From Yuukianura sp. NJ FZ-2021 (Eukaryota): DNA of 64,000 nucleotides. The notes below the pieces were generated by a model. The model saw nothing but the letters and a program-made list of their open reading frames with translations. It ran no database searches and was not told where the DNA came from. Positions within the stretch are counted from its first letter, which is position 1; each line of letters opens with the position of its first letter. Below, piece after piece: positions 49,401-63,330 of the stretch. The position numbers were made by a program, and so were the translations under genes. Location of the stretch: contig CM102290.1 in NCBI GenBank assembly GCA_046563655.1, positions 5,704,001 through 5,768,000 on the forward strand. Direction: 5' to 3'.

Positions 49401-52400
49401 TGACATGGGCCCTTATCACACAAACATAAATCCACCTCCCCCCGTATTACGTCATCAAAAAATACCCCCCCCCCTCTTTTTATTGAGGGGGAGGGATGAA
49501 ATTCATGGTTAAAAAGATTTGTTTTTGAATTCAATTCGTTCTGAAACAAAAGAAAGAACAAAAGTGAATGTTGGAAGTCGATTTTTCTTTGTGTAGGAAA
49601 ATACTTGTTGAGGAAATAATTGTTGATGGAAATTCCGTTTTTGTGAAAAGTGGAGATTTTAATCTTGAGTAATTAGTAGTCTGGAGTTTTAGTACTTTTG
49701 GACCAAGTACAGGAGAGAAGGGAAGAGGGGGGCCCTTTTCGTGCGATTGAGCGGATAGCTGCGTAATAAGGGACTCCGGAGGCCCTTTGTAGCTGCCAAG
49801 TGGACTCAGGTGGGGACTTATTTCGTTTGTTTGAATTGAGAGACGTGGGAGTATAATAGAAGGAAAGGATTGAGAAATTCAGTAGCCTTTTCTTCTGTTG
49901 TGATGAAATAATTCCTAGTGAATAGGGTGAATAGTTCCTTAGGAAATCCAAAGGAGCCCTTAACAATGGACACAAACACAATGGACCCTTAAGGGGCCCC
50001 TACATTCAATTGTCCACCAGTATCCAGTTACAGTCTGGTCCAAAAGTCTAAGGGCCCAATTTGTCCTGTGATAACTTCATAATAAAAATCAATGTAAATA
50101 AGATATTAAATTTGGAAAAAGTTGTGTTGACAAATGAGGTTTTTGAATTAATTTGAGAAAATTTTGAACAAGTAATGAGACAAAAGTTTAAATTAGATTC
50201 AATTTGTTAAATGATTCTCCAGAGACGATTCTAATCTGAGACAAGCAACAAAAGCGGGATTTCAAGTGTGAAAAAAACTTTTGAATTTTGAAAACTTTTT
50301 TCCAATTACGCTAATGTCAGACCGTTCTGCTTCAAAATTGGAGAAAAAAAATCGAACGCTAGATTTTTCTCCGTCTTGAGCCAAAAAAAGAAAAACTTTT
50401 CTCATCCATTTTCTTAAACTGGACGCATGTGATTAAACACACACAAAAAATTTAAAGTTTTCTTTTTAAAAGGAATTTTTTTTAAAGGAAAACTTTTTTT
50501 CCTTTTTGAATTAGAAACAACATCTCAGTCAAAGTTTCTTTTTCACTACGCATCATTCTTAAAGGAAACTTTGTTTTCAACTTTCGTTTTTTGGAACAAA
50601 GTTTTTGGAACTTAATTTTCAAAATGCATGTTTTTTTCTCCAAAAATATTTTGAAATTACCAATATTTTGTGTTTTTGAAAAGAGAAAGTTGTGTGAATG
50701 GGTTTGGCGGGAGAAAGTCTTTGTTGCTGTGCTGGTTGTTTGGAATGAGAGCAAAAGAGGCTAATTATTGGACCGTCTTTTATGTCTTTCTCCTCAAAGT
50801 CGCCTTCTTTTCAAAAAGTTCAACTTTTAGTCGAGTCTTTTTCGGCGGGTTTTCTGGAAAAGTCTTTGTGTTTAAGCCTTTTCAAACCAAAAGTCTCATT
50901 CTTCCTTTTGAAAAGTAAAAATAATGGAAAAATACGCCATCTTTTCTTCCATTATCTCCACAGACTGAGCTCATTCTTGTCCAAATTTACTTTTGGAACT
51001 CAATGCTCCAACTTCCATTCAAAAACAACAAATTAATTTGTGAACATGAAACGACTTTTACTAATAAGTCACAGTATTTCCCAAAACTAAGACTTTTGTT
51101 TTTCAAAAAGAAGGAAATAAAGAATGGAGAGAAAGCGTAGAAGTGAGTCCATTGACTAATTTCATGACAGGGAAAGTGGACAAAGAGGCTGTGTTCCATT
51201 CATGACTTTTGTGGAGAATAGTTACTCCCTCCAGTTTGTGGAGAAGTGGAGGGAGTAACTATTCCATAAACATAATGTAAAAGAAAAGACGGAGTGGATG
51301 AGCCTTATTTTTGTGGGAGAATAAAGAAAGAGTTTGGTTGTTTTGAGAGAACCACTTTCACTTTCCCTTTGATCTTCCTTTCCCTTCAATTCCTCCTGAA
51401 TAAAACAGGGGGGAGTTATGGCCAAAACCATGAGGGGGGGGGGTTAGTACATATGGGGGGGGGGTAACTGTACGCAGTAGTGCGTATTTACTTCACTTTA
51501 CTCTTACACCACTCTTCTAACGTCTCCTGTGAGTAAACTGTTGCCCCGTTGCACTTTAGTGAGCAGTTTGAGCAGATTAGACAGGCCATGGGTTCGAGCC
51601 TTGCCACCTTCACTTTTTTTGTTTAACTTTTTTTCAGTTCCCGGCTTGGGAGGTGGGTAAAGATGTCTAAAAGGCTTTGTTGGAGTTAGGGGCGGGTGTA
51701 AATCAGTGGACTTGGTTGAGAATTGAATTAGAGTAATTGAGTGAGAGGGAAGTGAGGTGCAGGAGTCTAGGAATGCAGGGGGCGTGGCCTAGCTAAGAAC
51801 AAGAGGTGGAAATTGAATGGGAGAAGAAGTGTTTCTTATTAAAGTGATTGTTGCTGTGGATCCTTGTTGTCTTTACTTTTGACATGATGGGGACTTGTTC
51901 TTTTCTTGTTTTAAACAGAGGGAGGGGGTTCATTTAGAGGGGGGAGGGGGCGCCTAGGGTATAATTTCTCGGAGTCTGGGGCACAATACTATTGGAATTA
52001 GGAAGACAATAGTCATCCTGATTTTGTGCCAACCTCATTACAGGTCCTTTTGTTCCTGGAAGCGGAGGTTTAGGCAGCCCTCCTTTCTCCAACTTTTACT
52101 TTCTCTCTCAAAATGAGGAACTTTTAGGCTGCATTAGGTTGGATGGAGAACTATCAATTCCTTCTCCCGCATCTTCCAACGAGGCACAATTACTTGAAAG
52201 GACTCTTCTCCACGTTAATATCCCTCCCAACTACTTGATCATCATCTCCATTCAAACTTTCACTTTCAAACCAGCACAAAATACCTTCGTCTAACAAAAC
52301 ATTTCACAAAAACTAACTTTCTTCGGAACCCCCCCCCCTCCGTTGAACCAGTGAAAGTAGAGGGGGGGGGGCTTGTTTCTCCACTGAAAAACAAAAAAAT

Positions 52401-52929
52401 CCAAGAAAAGAAAGTGACTTTTTAAAATTTATGTCTGTTTAAATTTACTTTTCAACCACCCCTCCCCTCTCTTTGTCAATTTTTTTTTGAAATATTGAAA
52501 AAATGGAAAGTTTGGCGTTGAAAGTAAAATGGAAGTTGTAATTTGTGTTGAGATTGAGATGTAATCAGAAGTTGGAAAATAAGTTAAGGAGTGAAACTTA
52601 TTTTTTGTTTGGGAAAGTAAAAGGAAAGCCACAGAGCCGTCGTGATTTGAGAGAGAAAAGGGCGGCAGAATTTCAATTTGAGTAACTTCAAAAACAGGCT
52701 GTATTGTGCCTTCTTAAAAACGTTGTTCTTAATGGAGCTAGTGTTACTTTTTCCAAGGAAAACAAGCAAGAACCCCCACAGTTTCTCCAACTTTCCCTTC
52801 ATTAAAAGTCATGTTTTATTTCTCATCAGTCAACAATGTCAAAAGTTCACTCCAGGGAACAACCTTATTTCGCCCCTTCAGCGACAAAAGTTAGCCACTT
52901 TTCAATAGCTTTAAAAAAAGTTCCTCACT

Positions 52930-53215
52930 CAAATTCAAAATTTACAGTTCGTTGTTCCATTTTGACCGGGATTTCAACCGGCTGAAACCACCGATTTTTC
53001 GTCACCTGGCCAAAAACTAGCAATTTTTTGTAATTTTCAAAATTTAACGTTTGTTGTTTCATTCTGGCCAGATTTCTGCCGGCTGAAACCACCCACTTTC
53101 CGCCACTGGACAAAAACTACCTTATTCTATTAATTTTCAAAAAAAGTTTGTTGTTTCATTTTGACCAGGGTTTTAGCCGGCTGAAACCACCGACTTTCGG
53201 CCACTGCCCGCCAAA
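52930..53215. repeat. Three degenerate ~110-bp tandem units
   Basis: cattttgacc..ccggctgaaaccacc..tttc recurs at ~52958, ~53060 and ~53157. Confidence 0.65.
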
Positions 53216-56200
53216 TTTAAAAAAAACGGGTTTCGTCGTTTTTTTTAACATTTTGGCAAACTTTGGGTAAAAGGTGTGTTGCGTCAGTGCTAATTGCATT
53301 TCCTTACTTTTTTGGAAGACCTTGAGTAAAAGTGTAAAACTTTGTTTTAAAAAATGTACTTTTGAAAAGAGTTTCCAGCTGGTGTTCAAATATTCCTATT
53401 TGGAGAGAGAATGAATAGGACATGCGAGGAGAAGCCTCCAAGCACGACTTGGTCTCTTATTTATGGTTATGATTACGTCTTCAGCCGGTTTATATCTCCC
53501 GCCTTCCTTCAAACAGTTATTACTCCACCAAAACTAAATTTACTCCACTTTTAACATGCTCAACTCATTTTTACAAAAAACGAACCGTTTTTAAAACATT
53601 GTTTCTAACATTCTCCTTCTTCTTGCAAAATCCAATCAAAATTGACGCTTACACTAATTTCCCTCTCTTTGTTTATTACACAACAAATGGGAAAGTGGGA
53701 GGAGAGGGGTGACAGGCTAGGTTCAAACTTTTTTAAAAGTTAAAAAAAGTGTTTAAAAAAAGATTTTTAAAACAGAAAATGAGGCTGTAATTCTGTGACA
53801 AAGTGTCCTTTCGCTCAACTCTCTCCGTTTCCGCTTCATGTCTCATTGCCGTTGTTTTATTTCCTTCACTTCCACAACTTTTTTTTCACTTTTTCAATTC
53901 CACTTTACTTTTTTTCAAAAAAGTGTTATAAGCTTTTTTCAAAAAATTTAGGTTTCTTACTCTTTTTATCCTTTTTGTTTAAAAAAAAGTGGCTTTAGCA
54001 TTTTCTTCTTTTTTTTAAAAAAAGTGTTGTGCTGTTTTTTTCATTTGGAAATGAGAATGCCAGAAGAAAAGGAGGTGAAAGACGGATGGGTGCTTACATT
54101 GGCACTAACAACTTGATCTCATTGAAAAGTTTCCAAAACATGCTCAACTAACCTTTAAATTTTTTTTTGCGAAATTTCGACACACAGAAGAAAAAAGCTC
54201 TTGTTTTGAAATTTATTGGACACGACTCAGTGGATTGTCGCTTGGTTTAGAGCTAATCAATACAAGCGACAGGAAGAGAAGAAAGAAAACAAAACTTTAA
54301 ATTTTCCCACTTCCAAACTTTTTTGAATTTTCCCACTTTGAATTTTTTTGTGAACAACAAATGAAAAAGTAGAGTAGAAAATGAGAATAATGGAGTTAAG
54401 TTGTGTTCCAAAATTGAAGTCATTTCCTTATCAAAGTCCTGTGGGGGGAAAGTTCGCGCCGTGAATTGGAATTAAGAAAAAAAAAGTAGTTTAGAAAAGC
54501 ACAATATAAATTCCAATACAAAACATCCCTCTCTCGCTCTTTGTGTAACACAAAGTCCCACCAAACTTTGAGTCTTCGGTCCCACCATCGTCCCACCTTA
54601 ATTCAATTTAGTTTCAACAAAGTCAAAATTTCCCTCCACTTCTGCCACTAAACCCAATTTCCGCTTTCCGCTTTCCTCACACCACTCACACCCCCCCTTC
54701 TCCCCCCCCCCCTCCAATACAACAAAATTAAATTTAAAACTGAATTGTCCAAAAACTAACAAAAGCTTGAGCAAAATTCGTACCACTGCAAACCCAAAAA
54801 CCTAAACTTTCACTACTAGAAAATGATTTTTACAAAAATTTTAGTAGAAAACAAAATTTGACATCGGAACATGCATTTATGTTGTTTCCAATAGAAACAA
54901 TTAGCCCCCCCCCCCATCTACCTTCTAACCCCCCCTCTCTTTCTCAAGGGGGGGAGTAAACCCCATTTGTCAATTGTAGACTCAATTTCTCATTTCCTTT
55001 CTCTACTTTCCCCGTTCTTGAAGAGTTTAAGCTGACAATGATTGGATCCTATGATTTAAATCTCAGCGTCTCTGAGGGGGGGGGGGGTCTAGAAGGGGGG
55101 GGGTTGAAAAGCGAGAAAGTTTGAATTTCTTTTGCCTCTGTTGGGAATTGGGGAGAAAGTCGAAGGCGTTATTGCCTGTTCTAATAATTGATGATAAAGT
55201 GTGACAGGGACATTAGATCTTGTGTGCAGAAGGGTAGAGTCCACCTAATCCTCGGAATTTCCTCATCCATTTGGTCCAATGAAGACACTCGGGAATAATT
55301 CCGAAGTCGGAGGAATAGGGGAGTTGTTTTTTATTTGCGGAGTGAGGAATGTGAAAGTTGTGTGGTCAATGGGGTCATGTTTAATGCAGAGGAACCTTTA
55401 CCCTTTCCACTTCCATACTAGAATCATCTTTATTCTTACCACAAAAAATATAAGAGAAACGACAGAGTCAAATCACATTTCCAAACCAACCAATTTTTTA
55501 CTTTCTCCTTTTTGGAAAAAAAGAAAAATAAGTCAACAGTTTTCTCCTTTAGAAAGTCCAACTTCAAAAATAAAACACGAAATTACCCTTCCTTTCTCAA
55601 CACAATTTTCTTTAGCTTACAAAAAAGGAATTGAAAAAAAGTTTCATAATCTTTACGTTTTTTTTCTGTACCTTGAACTACTTTCAAAATTTCACAATTT
55701 CTTTGGCTACTTTTATTGCAAAAGTGGTAAAACGATGCTAGAAATTGGCTTTGCAAAAAGTTGCGCAACAAAGTTGCACGTTTCTCGAAAAAAAAAGTTG
55801 CATGTTTCTTCCCAAAATAAAAGCAGGAAAGTTTTGCAAAGTTGTAAAAAAAAAAGTTTTTGGCACCAAAAAACGAAAAGGTTCATTGTAAATTTTGAAA
55901 TTGTTTTAAAAGTAATTACACCGCATTAACTAAGAACTACAATGTGTTTGGACTTTAAGATGAACAAGTAATTGGTTTGTTTTGTTCGTGTGGTTTTTAG
56001 TCTCAATTTACCCGAGTCTTATTGTTTGTCACTTTGAAAACAGTAATTTCAGAAAACTTTTTTTTTCCTTTTCTTTTTTGAATTTATGTATGTTTAGTGT
56101 TGGAATTTGGTAGAGAAGATGAAGTGGCTGTGTGATTAGAAGAATCACAGAGGATCTTATGCACAAATGAATGAGGGAAAACAAGGAATTTGGCCATTGA

Positions 56201-59200
56201 CGTAAATCTGGATCCCACTTCCGCCTCCTCCGCTCTCTATTCTTCTCAATTGTGCACGTTCTGCCAAAAAATACAATTTTACATGTACATTTCCAAAATT
56301 TACACTTTCAAAATAATACATTTTACACTTTTACACAAACTTCTTCTGCACGTCAATTCACAACCGACACATTCACGTCAATCCAACGCTGCACTTCCTG
56401 TCAACTCAGCTTTAATTGGGACACAACCAGCAAAACAGACTATTGCACCAACAAAACTAAAAAGCACGATTTTAGAATCGTGCACCCACTATTTAAAACA
56501 ACGCAAAAAAAACCTTTAGGGTTGTGCACCGACTATTTCAAAAAACGCGAAAAACACGATTTTAGAGTTGTGCACTATCAAGGTGTGATGAACGTGTTGT
56601 GAAAAAGGTGGACTTTGCTTTTTTTTTTGTTTCTCAAAACCTAAAATTAGAAATTCAGCACAAATTAATTTGAAAATCTAAATTTAGAATTACAAAACCA
56701 AAAAACGGTTGTTCTTTTTTAAGAATATTTTTTTTTGAAAAAGAGGTTTGAAAGTGCCAAATTAATTTTGTTGTGATTGCCAGGACGAGCGTAGAGATTG
56801 GTTTGAATGAATGACTTCCACACAAGAGACGGAAGGCTCTGATGAAAGAGGATTTTGTACTTTGTGAAAGTGTGAAAAGGAGAAAGAGTGATGCATGGGA
56901 GTGAGAAGAGAGATGACATTATAAAAATAATATATTTGATTCATCAGAATATATTGTGTAATTATTCTGTGGAGAGTCAAGGAGTCATTCATGACTCTCT
57001 TGACTCTCGTGAGTCACGGAGGAGTCAAACCACTTGCCACACTTTTACTCTATTCTTCTCTATTTTTATAAAAGAGAAAAAAAGAGAAGTTTTTGTGGAA
57101 AAGTTGGATTTTTTTTTGGAAGCTGCTCTTCTTTTGCTTCACTTTTTGCCATATGCTCATTTTCCGGACTTTAATCCTCTCTGGTCCCCCAAAATCTTTT
57201 TTTTTTGTTTTTTTTCTCCTGTTTTCTGTTCTATTTTTTGATCCACTTTATTTCCCAAAAACTGTTTCTTCAGTGTCCCCCACACAACCAAACAACTACA
57301 CCAAATTACAACTCTACTCTCATCCACTTCACTCACATTTTGGCCCAAAAACACAACAATTTTACTCAACCAAGAAAATTTTGAAGAAAAAATCTTGTCT
57401 AGTTCCAAATTTCTAAAATTCAGTTCCAACGATTTGTGAAAGTGAAGCAAAAAAAAGTGAATCTTGGGAGAAAAAAGTGAATTTTAGGAGAAAATGTAAA
57501 TTCCGGGAGATAAATGTGAATTTTTGGAGAAAATAGTTTTTTTTTGTCGTGAAAAGAAGATAGACAACGGAACAGGTATGAGTTTTTTTCCACTTTTGTT
57601 CACCTTGCCAGTCCTTTTTGAAAAAAAAAGTGAAACGCGCGCTTTTTTCTCCTCCTCCGGAAAATGCTGGACTTTGGACATGGGGGCGGGTGAGAGGAGA
57701 GGAAAAGAGAAAAGTTTTTTTTTCTTTTGGTCACAGAAACCTGCCCTACTTTTCTTTTTCTTTCGTTTTTTCTCTTTTTCCGAGCAATTTTTGAAATGAC
57801 GTGAAAAAGAAAAGCCTGCGGTGGTTTCTTTGAGTATAAAAATGGGATTAGAGTTGTTCTGGTCCATGAAAGGAAGGAGTATGATGATGATTGAGAAAAT
57901 GGAGAAAGTAATAAGGGACAGGAGACCTAATGAGTCTTGTTCAGGACATGGTTGGACATGGACATGGTTGGGCATGGACATAAAAGTGGGGATTAGGTGA
58001 TGAAGATGGAGTGGGTGGGGAGGGTAATGAAAGTGTGGGAATAATAACATGAATAAACCCAGTCTCCACTTTCTCTTTTGAGGAGGCGGGAATAAAAGGC
58101 AGTTGTAGGACTTTGGCACCTTCTAACAATCTCCAACACTTTTAATCCGCTCCACCCAGATTAAAACCCACCACAGCCCCACCACTAACCCACCAAAGGA
58201 CCCACGTTCCATTATCCCTCCTTTCTCCGCTCACACTTATTACTTTCTTTATGCTTTCTCTCAATAGACTCGCAGCCTAAATTTCACTCACTTTCATTCC
58301 ATTTCTAATTAAAATCGGTTTTAATCATTAAAAATCTGTGGTTTAAACACTCTCGATTTCAACATTTTGAGTTTAATAATAAACTCACTTAGCTTTTCAT
58401 TGGTCTTTGTAGTAAAGATTTCGTTAGGGCATAGAAGTTGTGTTAAAAATCGAGTTAAACTGGTGATTAAAACAGATTATTAGTGTTTTAGACCAAACAA
58501 TCCCTGGATTTGAGCATTATGTAGAGGACAAGGGTGTAATAATAGGAGACTCAGACGACACTTCAGTGTCTGACAAAAAGTCATTTTGTGAGTATTATCT
58601 TCGCCCACTTCAACATAAAATCCCAAAAACTCTGTGTCACCACGTTTACAAGGAGTTTCATTTTCAAAAAAAAAAAAAAAAAAATTGTAGTAAATTTTTT
58701 GAAAAAAAGAAATTTGAAAATGGTTTGCAGCTAATCTGGTTCTGGGTGTACCGGTGACCCAGAACATCTCAACTGCTGACACTTTCAATGAGTCGTAGTT
58801 GAGTGACGACATTTGACGCTAAAATGTTAGACAGAAATGGCAAACACATGAGAATTTTGCACAAACTGCAACACTCAGAAACTGTTCTTGGTCTATGCAC
58901 AAGGTCAGAGGTCACGGTGCTCAAAATGTCAAAGGTCACGGTGCAGAATGTCAAAAATCACAAAACATCATAAAATTGAGTAGAGAAAGTTTGGTTTCAC
59001 CCACCAGAAACTTTGAGCCTGCTGAATTCCTGTGAGGTTTAGGTGGGGAGGGGATCACAAAGGGAATTATTGAGGAGGGGGTGATTGTTGGGGGTGAGGG
59101 GGATGCTGTTGTGCCTGCTAATCAGCCTCTCATTCACATCAGAACATCATTTCATAATGTCCTCACTCATCAACATCAATTCTTCTGCCCCACCACACCC

Positions 59201-60903
59201 ACAAAGGACACCAAAACACAGACCCCACCACCCCACCAAGTAGTCTCCCCAACGCCACATTCAACCAAAAACCTCTTAATTATGTCTACAACCAAATCCA
59301 CTTTCACTCAATCCCAAAAACTAATTTTTACTTTTTCCACTTTCCAAATTTTAGGAAATTCTAAATTTCAAAATTAAAAAGAAAAACTAAACTGTTTAAG
59401 TAAAAATTCGAATTTTCTCCCAACCTTTCTCCAAAAAAAAATTGCGGAGGGGGGTGTTGAAAAAAATGTGGAAAATCGTTGGTTCAAAGGTTGTGACACT
59501 TTTTGCTACTTTTGGTTCATCTGCATCTACTTTTGGTTGAAGAAAAGAGAGAGTTTATCCATTCAAGCTCTCCCCCGCCCCCTCCCCCCTTCGAGTGCCT
59601 GTATAGAAGGTGGATGGAATTACGTGATCCATCATTCCAAGGGGGGAGGGGTTGGAGAAATTGACACTTTGGACAATATTCAGTATTGGGGGAAAGTGAG
59701 AATCCATCCTCCTGGATAGTCTGGATTAGTATTTGTGACATGGTTTAAGGATGGATGTGCCCTAAGCCCCTACTTTAGTTAAGTTCCTAATTACGACAGA
59801 ATTGTTAAACTCAAAACGACTTTTCCTGTTTCCCACTACTCAATCACTCGCCTGTCCAGAAACAGCCACCCACTCATGCCCCACCCTCGAGGTCACCCGA
59901 AATACACTTCTTGGGTTAAGTCCAAAATTACTTTTTTCGGAGCTTTAATTGCAAAAATTCTCCTGTCTTCATTTGGCCCTAAAACCAGTTTTTCATTTAT
60001 GAAAAAACTGAATTTAGCAATAAAAAAACTCCATTTAACAGAAATTTTTGTTAAATGGAGTCTTTTTGTCTTTGGCGCCATTTAGTGGCTAAATCGTCTT
60101 GGATGAAATTCATTTCCTAAGTTTAGCTTCGGATAAATTTTTTTCAAAAAAGAGAATTAGTTTTCGGTTGTTTCAGAATCAGTTCCGCTTTCCTTTCTTT
60201 TCCATGTACTTTTTTTGTTGAAATTTGGAGACTGTAGTTGTGTGTAAATGATGTTGTTGGAAGATGAAGATCTTTTGTGAAAGTGGTAACAGGATAATAG
60301 AGGTTGTGAGATGACAAATTGTGAAGGAAACGGTGGATTCCGTGGCAGAAGAAGTTAGGGTGATACCGTTTGTGAGTCCATTGTTAGGCTATTCAAAGTG
60401 AGGAAATGTTAGGTTGTCATGGCTAATGGCTCTCCACTGGTCTCCCTTACCCCACCATTCCGCTGAATCATTTTCAAATTTACCCGCCACTTTCCGAGTA
60501 TTGGTCACCCAGCATAACTTAGCATACAACGACACAAGATCATCAACAATTCCATTGTCACCCTCACCCAGGGAACAGCCACACCTTGGGCAGACGTGTA
60601 CTACACGTCTACACGTTTCGCGTCTTCTACACGTCAGGCACCCGTGTTCAACACTTCTTTTTCTAGAAAAAGTTTCGGGCCGTTGTCCAAAAAAAAAGTT
60701 GGGATGGTAGTGAGTTAATACTTGTTGATTGATGGGCCATCTGAACAAGCACATCCACAATTCCAGTAGCACAAAAAACTTCCCTCTTCTCATTTTCAAA
60801 CCAAAAACAAAAACGGAAGTTCAGTTTTTCAAAAAAAAAAGTTTTTTCTTTTTTTTTTAATTTTTAGTTTTAGTTTAAACAAGGAATGTTGAGTTTTGGG
60901 GAA

Positions 60904-60974
60904 GATGGGAGTAGCTCAAGCGTTAGAGCGCTTCCCGGATTAGAGCTCTGTGGGTTCGAATCCCACTCGGTTCA
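60904..60974 (+). pseudogene. tRNA-derived pseudogene or SINE head
   Basis: A-box gtagctcaa.cgttagagcg and T-arm gtgggttcgaatcccac are present, but the acceptor and anticodon stems do not pair. Confidence 0.55.
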
Positions 60975-61374
60975 TTATTTTTCTACATTCTCGTTCTTTG
61001 TTTCTCAATCCATGTAACGATGTAAATGCACAGTTGACAATGGAGAGTGCGCAGAAGGAGTGCAAATGACTATCTGTTCTGCGCATCCTTGTCTTTGCCT
61101 GGCTGAGCATTTGGGAAGACAAAGGCGGAGGAATGGGGCTTCCGATTGTGTGATGGGCTCAAAAGAGGGACAAAGGACAGAGGAGCCTTATTAAGGAGAA
61201 TTAAATGGAATGACAGGCCAAGGGGAGGGGCCCTGCACTGTCTCTTCTCCAATTAATTACTTTCAAACTCCTTTCAAACAATCACAACAGTCGAATAATC
61301 GCTGATCAAATCACGAGATACGAATTGTCACAATCCTAAGAGGGTGCAGCTCTGCATAAAATTCAAAATCAAGA

Positions 61375-61575
61375 TTAAGGTGACCTTCATTTTTGTAGTC
61401 GTGGGTACAACTTGCTAAAAATTGCTCTACTTCAACCAACGGGTACAACTTGCTCTACTTCAACCACATTTTCTCTACTTGAACCAACTTTTGTGAAAGT
61501 ATTAAGGTGACCTTAATTTTTGTAGTCGTGGGTACAACTTGCTAAAACTTGCTCTACTTCAACCAACTTTTGTGG
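61375..61575. repeat. Local ~127-bp direct duplication
   Basis: ttaaggtgacctt.atttttgtagtcgtgggtacaacttgctaaaa.ttgctctacttcaaccaac at 61375 and 61502. Confidence 0.75.
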
Positions 61576-63159
61576 AAAACTCGCTTCTTTTCTTGTGTGG
61601 AAGTTGAGGGTGTATGTTTTGGTTGATTTGAAGGAAGGAGCAGAAGTTGAGGTTGACGTGGGTACATGAGGAAGTTGTGCCTTAGTTCAACCGAAGAAGA
61701 GAAAGGGGTGTTATTGAAAAGACGTTGTATTGTTGGTTGAGCTGTGGGAAAGTGGTGCTGTTGAGAGTATTTTGAGTTACAGTGCTGGGCAAAAGAGGGG
61801 TGGGTAAAAGGAATGATTAATGACTCTGAACATTACGAAATTCTATTGACAAACATTCTAAGTTGGACTGAGATCTTTTCTGGAGGGACCCTTAGCCTGC
61901 CACGTCCAAATCCAACGTCAATCTCCCAACAATGCATCTCCACTTCCGAATCTGCAGAGGTGTCAACTCTTCACACCCTCAACAGCTCCCGTATCCTAAC
62001 TTAGCTCAAAATACGCTCTTTTAACCAAAAAAGGCTTTTGTGTTGGAGGGAGTAACTACGCACTTCCGATTGTTCAGTTAAGGGATTGTGAGTGTCACTT
62101 TAACTTACTTTGGAGAGGTGAAAGCAGGAGGAAAAGTGAAAAGTGGGGAAAACTGAGATTTGGGTGGCGGGAGTAACTATTCGAATTCTTACGTGGCTTG
62201 AGTAACTATTTGAATACCTATATGGAGGGAGTAAGTATTTGAATTCCTATTTGGCGGGAGTAACTATGTTGCATACCTATGTGGAGGGAGTAACTATTTT
62301 GTGCAGAGGGAGGGATCCCCTTGCCTAATTGGCATGGAACATTAAATTAACCTCCGTTTTCGTAATGAGAAGCGCGGAAATGAAAATGTAGGCGGGAGAA
62401 AGTGAAGTTTTCGGGAGTGGAAATGGCCGTGAAATGAATTGAGAGAGTGAAAATGAGCCCGTGAGGGAAGAAAGGTAGGAGAGAGTTAATTGCTAACATT
62501 TCCCTCGGCTAATTCTGTTTGTTCTTCCTTACTTTATTAGGTACACTTCATTTAAAACGAACTTTCTCCCAAAACTCTCCATTCAAAACTTCAAAGTTTC
62601 CAACTTTCTTTCCCGCTTTGTTTTCCTCTCCTACTCTCTCTCTCCTTTTAATTAATCCTTTCGGAATTCCAACTGTTGTGACTTTTGTTGCTGCTTTAAA
62701 TGGTGACTTGATTAGGCCCCTTCAAGGGCCCCTCCAAATCCCTTTGGAGAGAAAACAAAGCTGGAATGTAAGACTGAATAAACAGAGTCTCAATGTGCCC
62801 ACCAGATCCCTTTCCCTTTGATCTCACTCAAAGTTCAAAGAAAATTTGGAAGAGCGAAGAGCGGGAAAACGAAATGTAAAACGGAATTCTTCTCGGGAAG
62901 GGCAGGGGAGGGCCCTTAATGGAGAAACAACCACGAGAAACGGAGACTTCAAAGAAGTTAAAACAGTCTCTGCCTCATTGTTCTTATTTGCCAACATAAT
63001 TACTTTCCCAAACACTTCAATAATTGATGGACACTAAGAGCTACACTTTCATCTTCTACTCAACACTCATAGCTTCCAACTCAGTCGGAATAGCTAATTA
63101 TCCATTTAGTTAATTTTTAAATTAACTTAATCAGCTGATTAACAACTACTTCCCACCAT

Positions 63160-63330
63160 TTCCCACTACTTCCCAACAATTTCCCAGTATTTTCCACAAT
63201 TTCCCAGTATTTTCCACAATTTCCCAGTATTTTCCACAATTTCCCAGTATTTTCCACAATTTCCCAGTATTTTCCACAATTTCCCAGTATTTTCCACAAT
63301 TTCCCAGTATTTTCCACAATTTCCCACTAT
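63160..63330. repeat. 20-bp minisatellite
   Basis: ttcccagtattttccacaat x7 perfect (63181-63320) with degenerate flanking units. Confidence 0.95.

Noticed and set aside
55279..58119. 216-aa and 211-aa ORFs
   Set aside because: F/K-rich translations of A/T homopolymer tracts with no domain signal.
60904..60974. Functional tRNA gene
   Set aside because: Acceptor and anticodon stems do not pair.
63117..63330. CRISPR-like array or repeat-protein ORF
   Set aside because: Head-to-tail 20-mers with no spacers, in a eukaryotic context.
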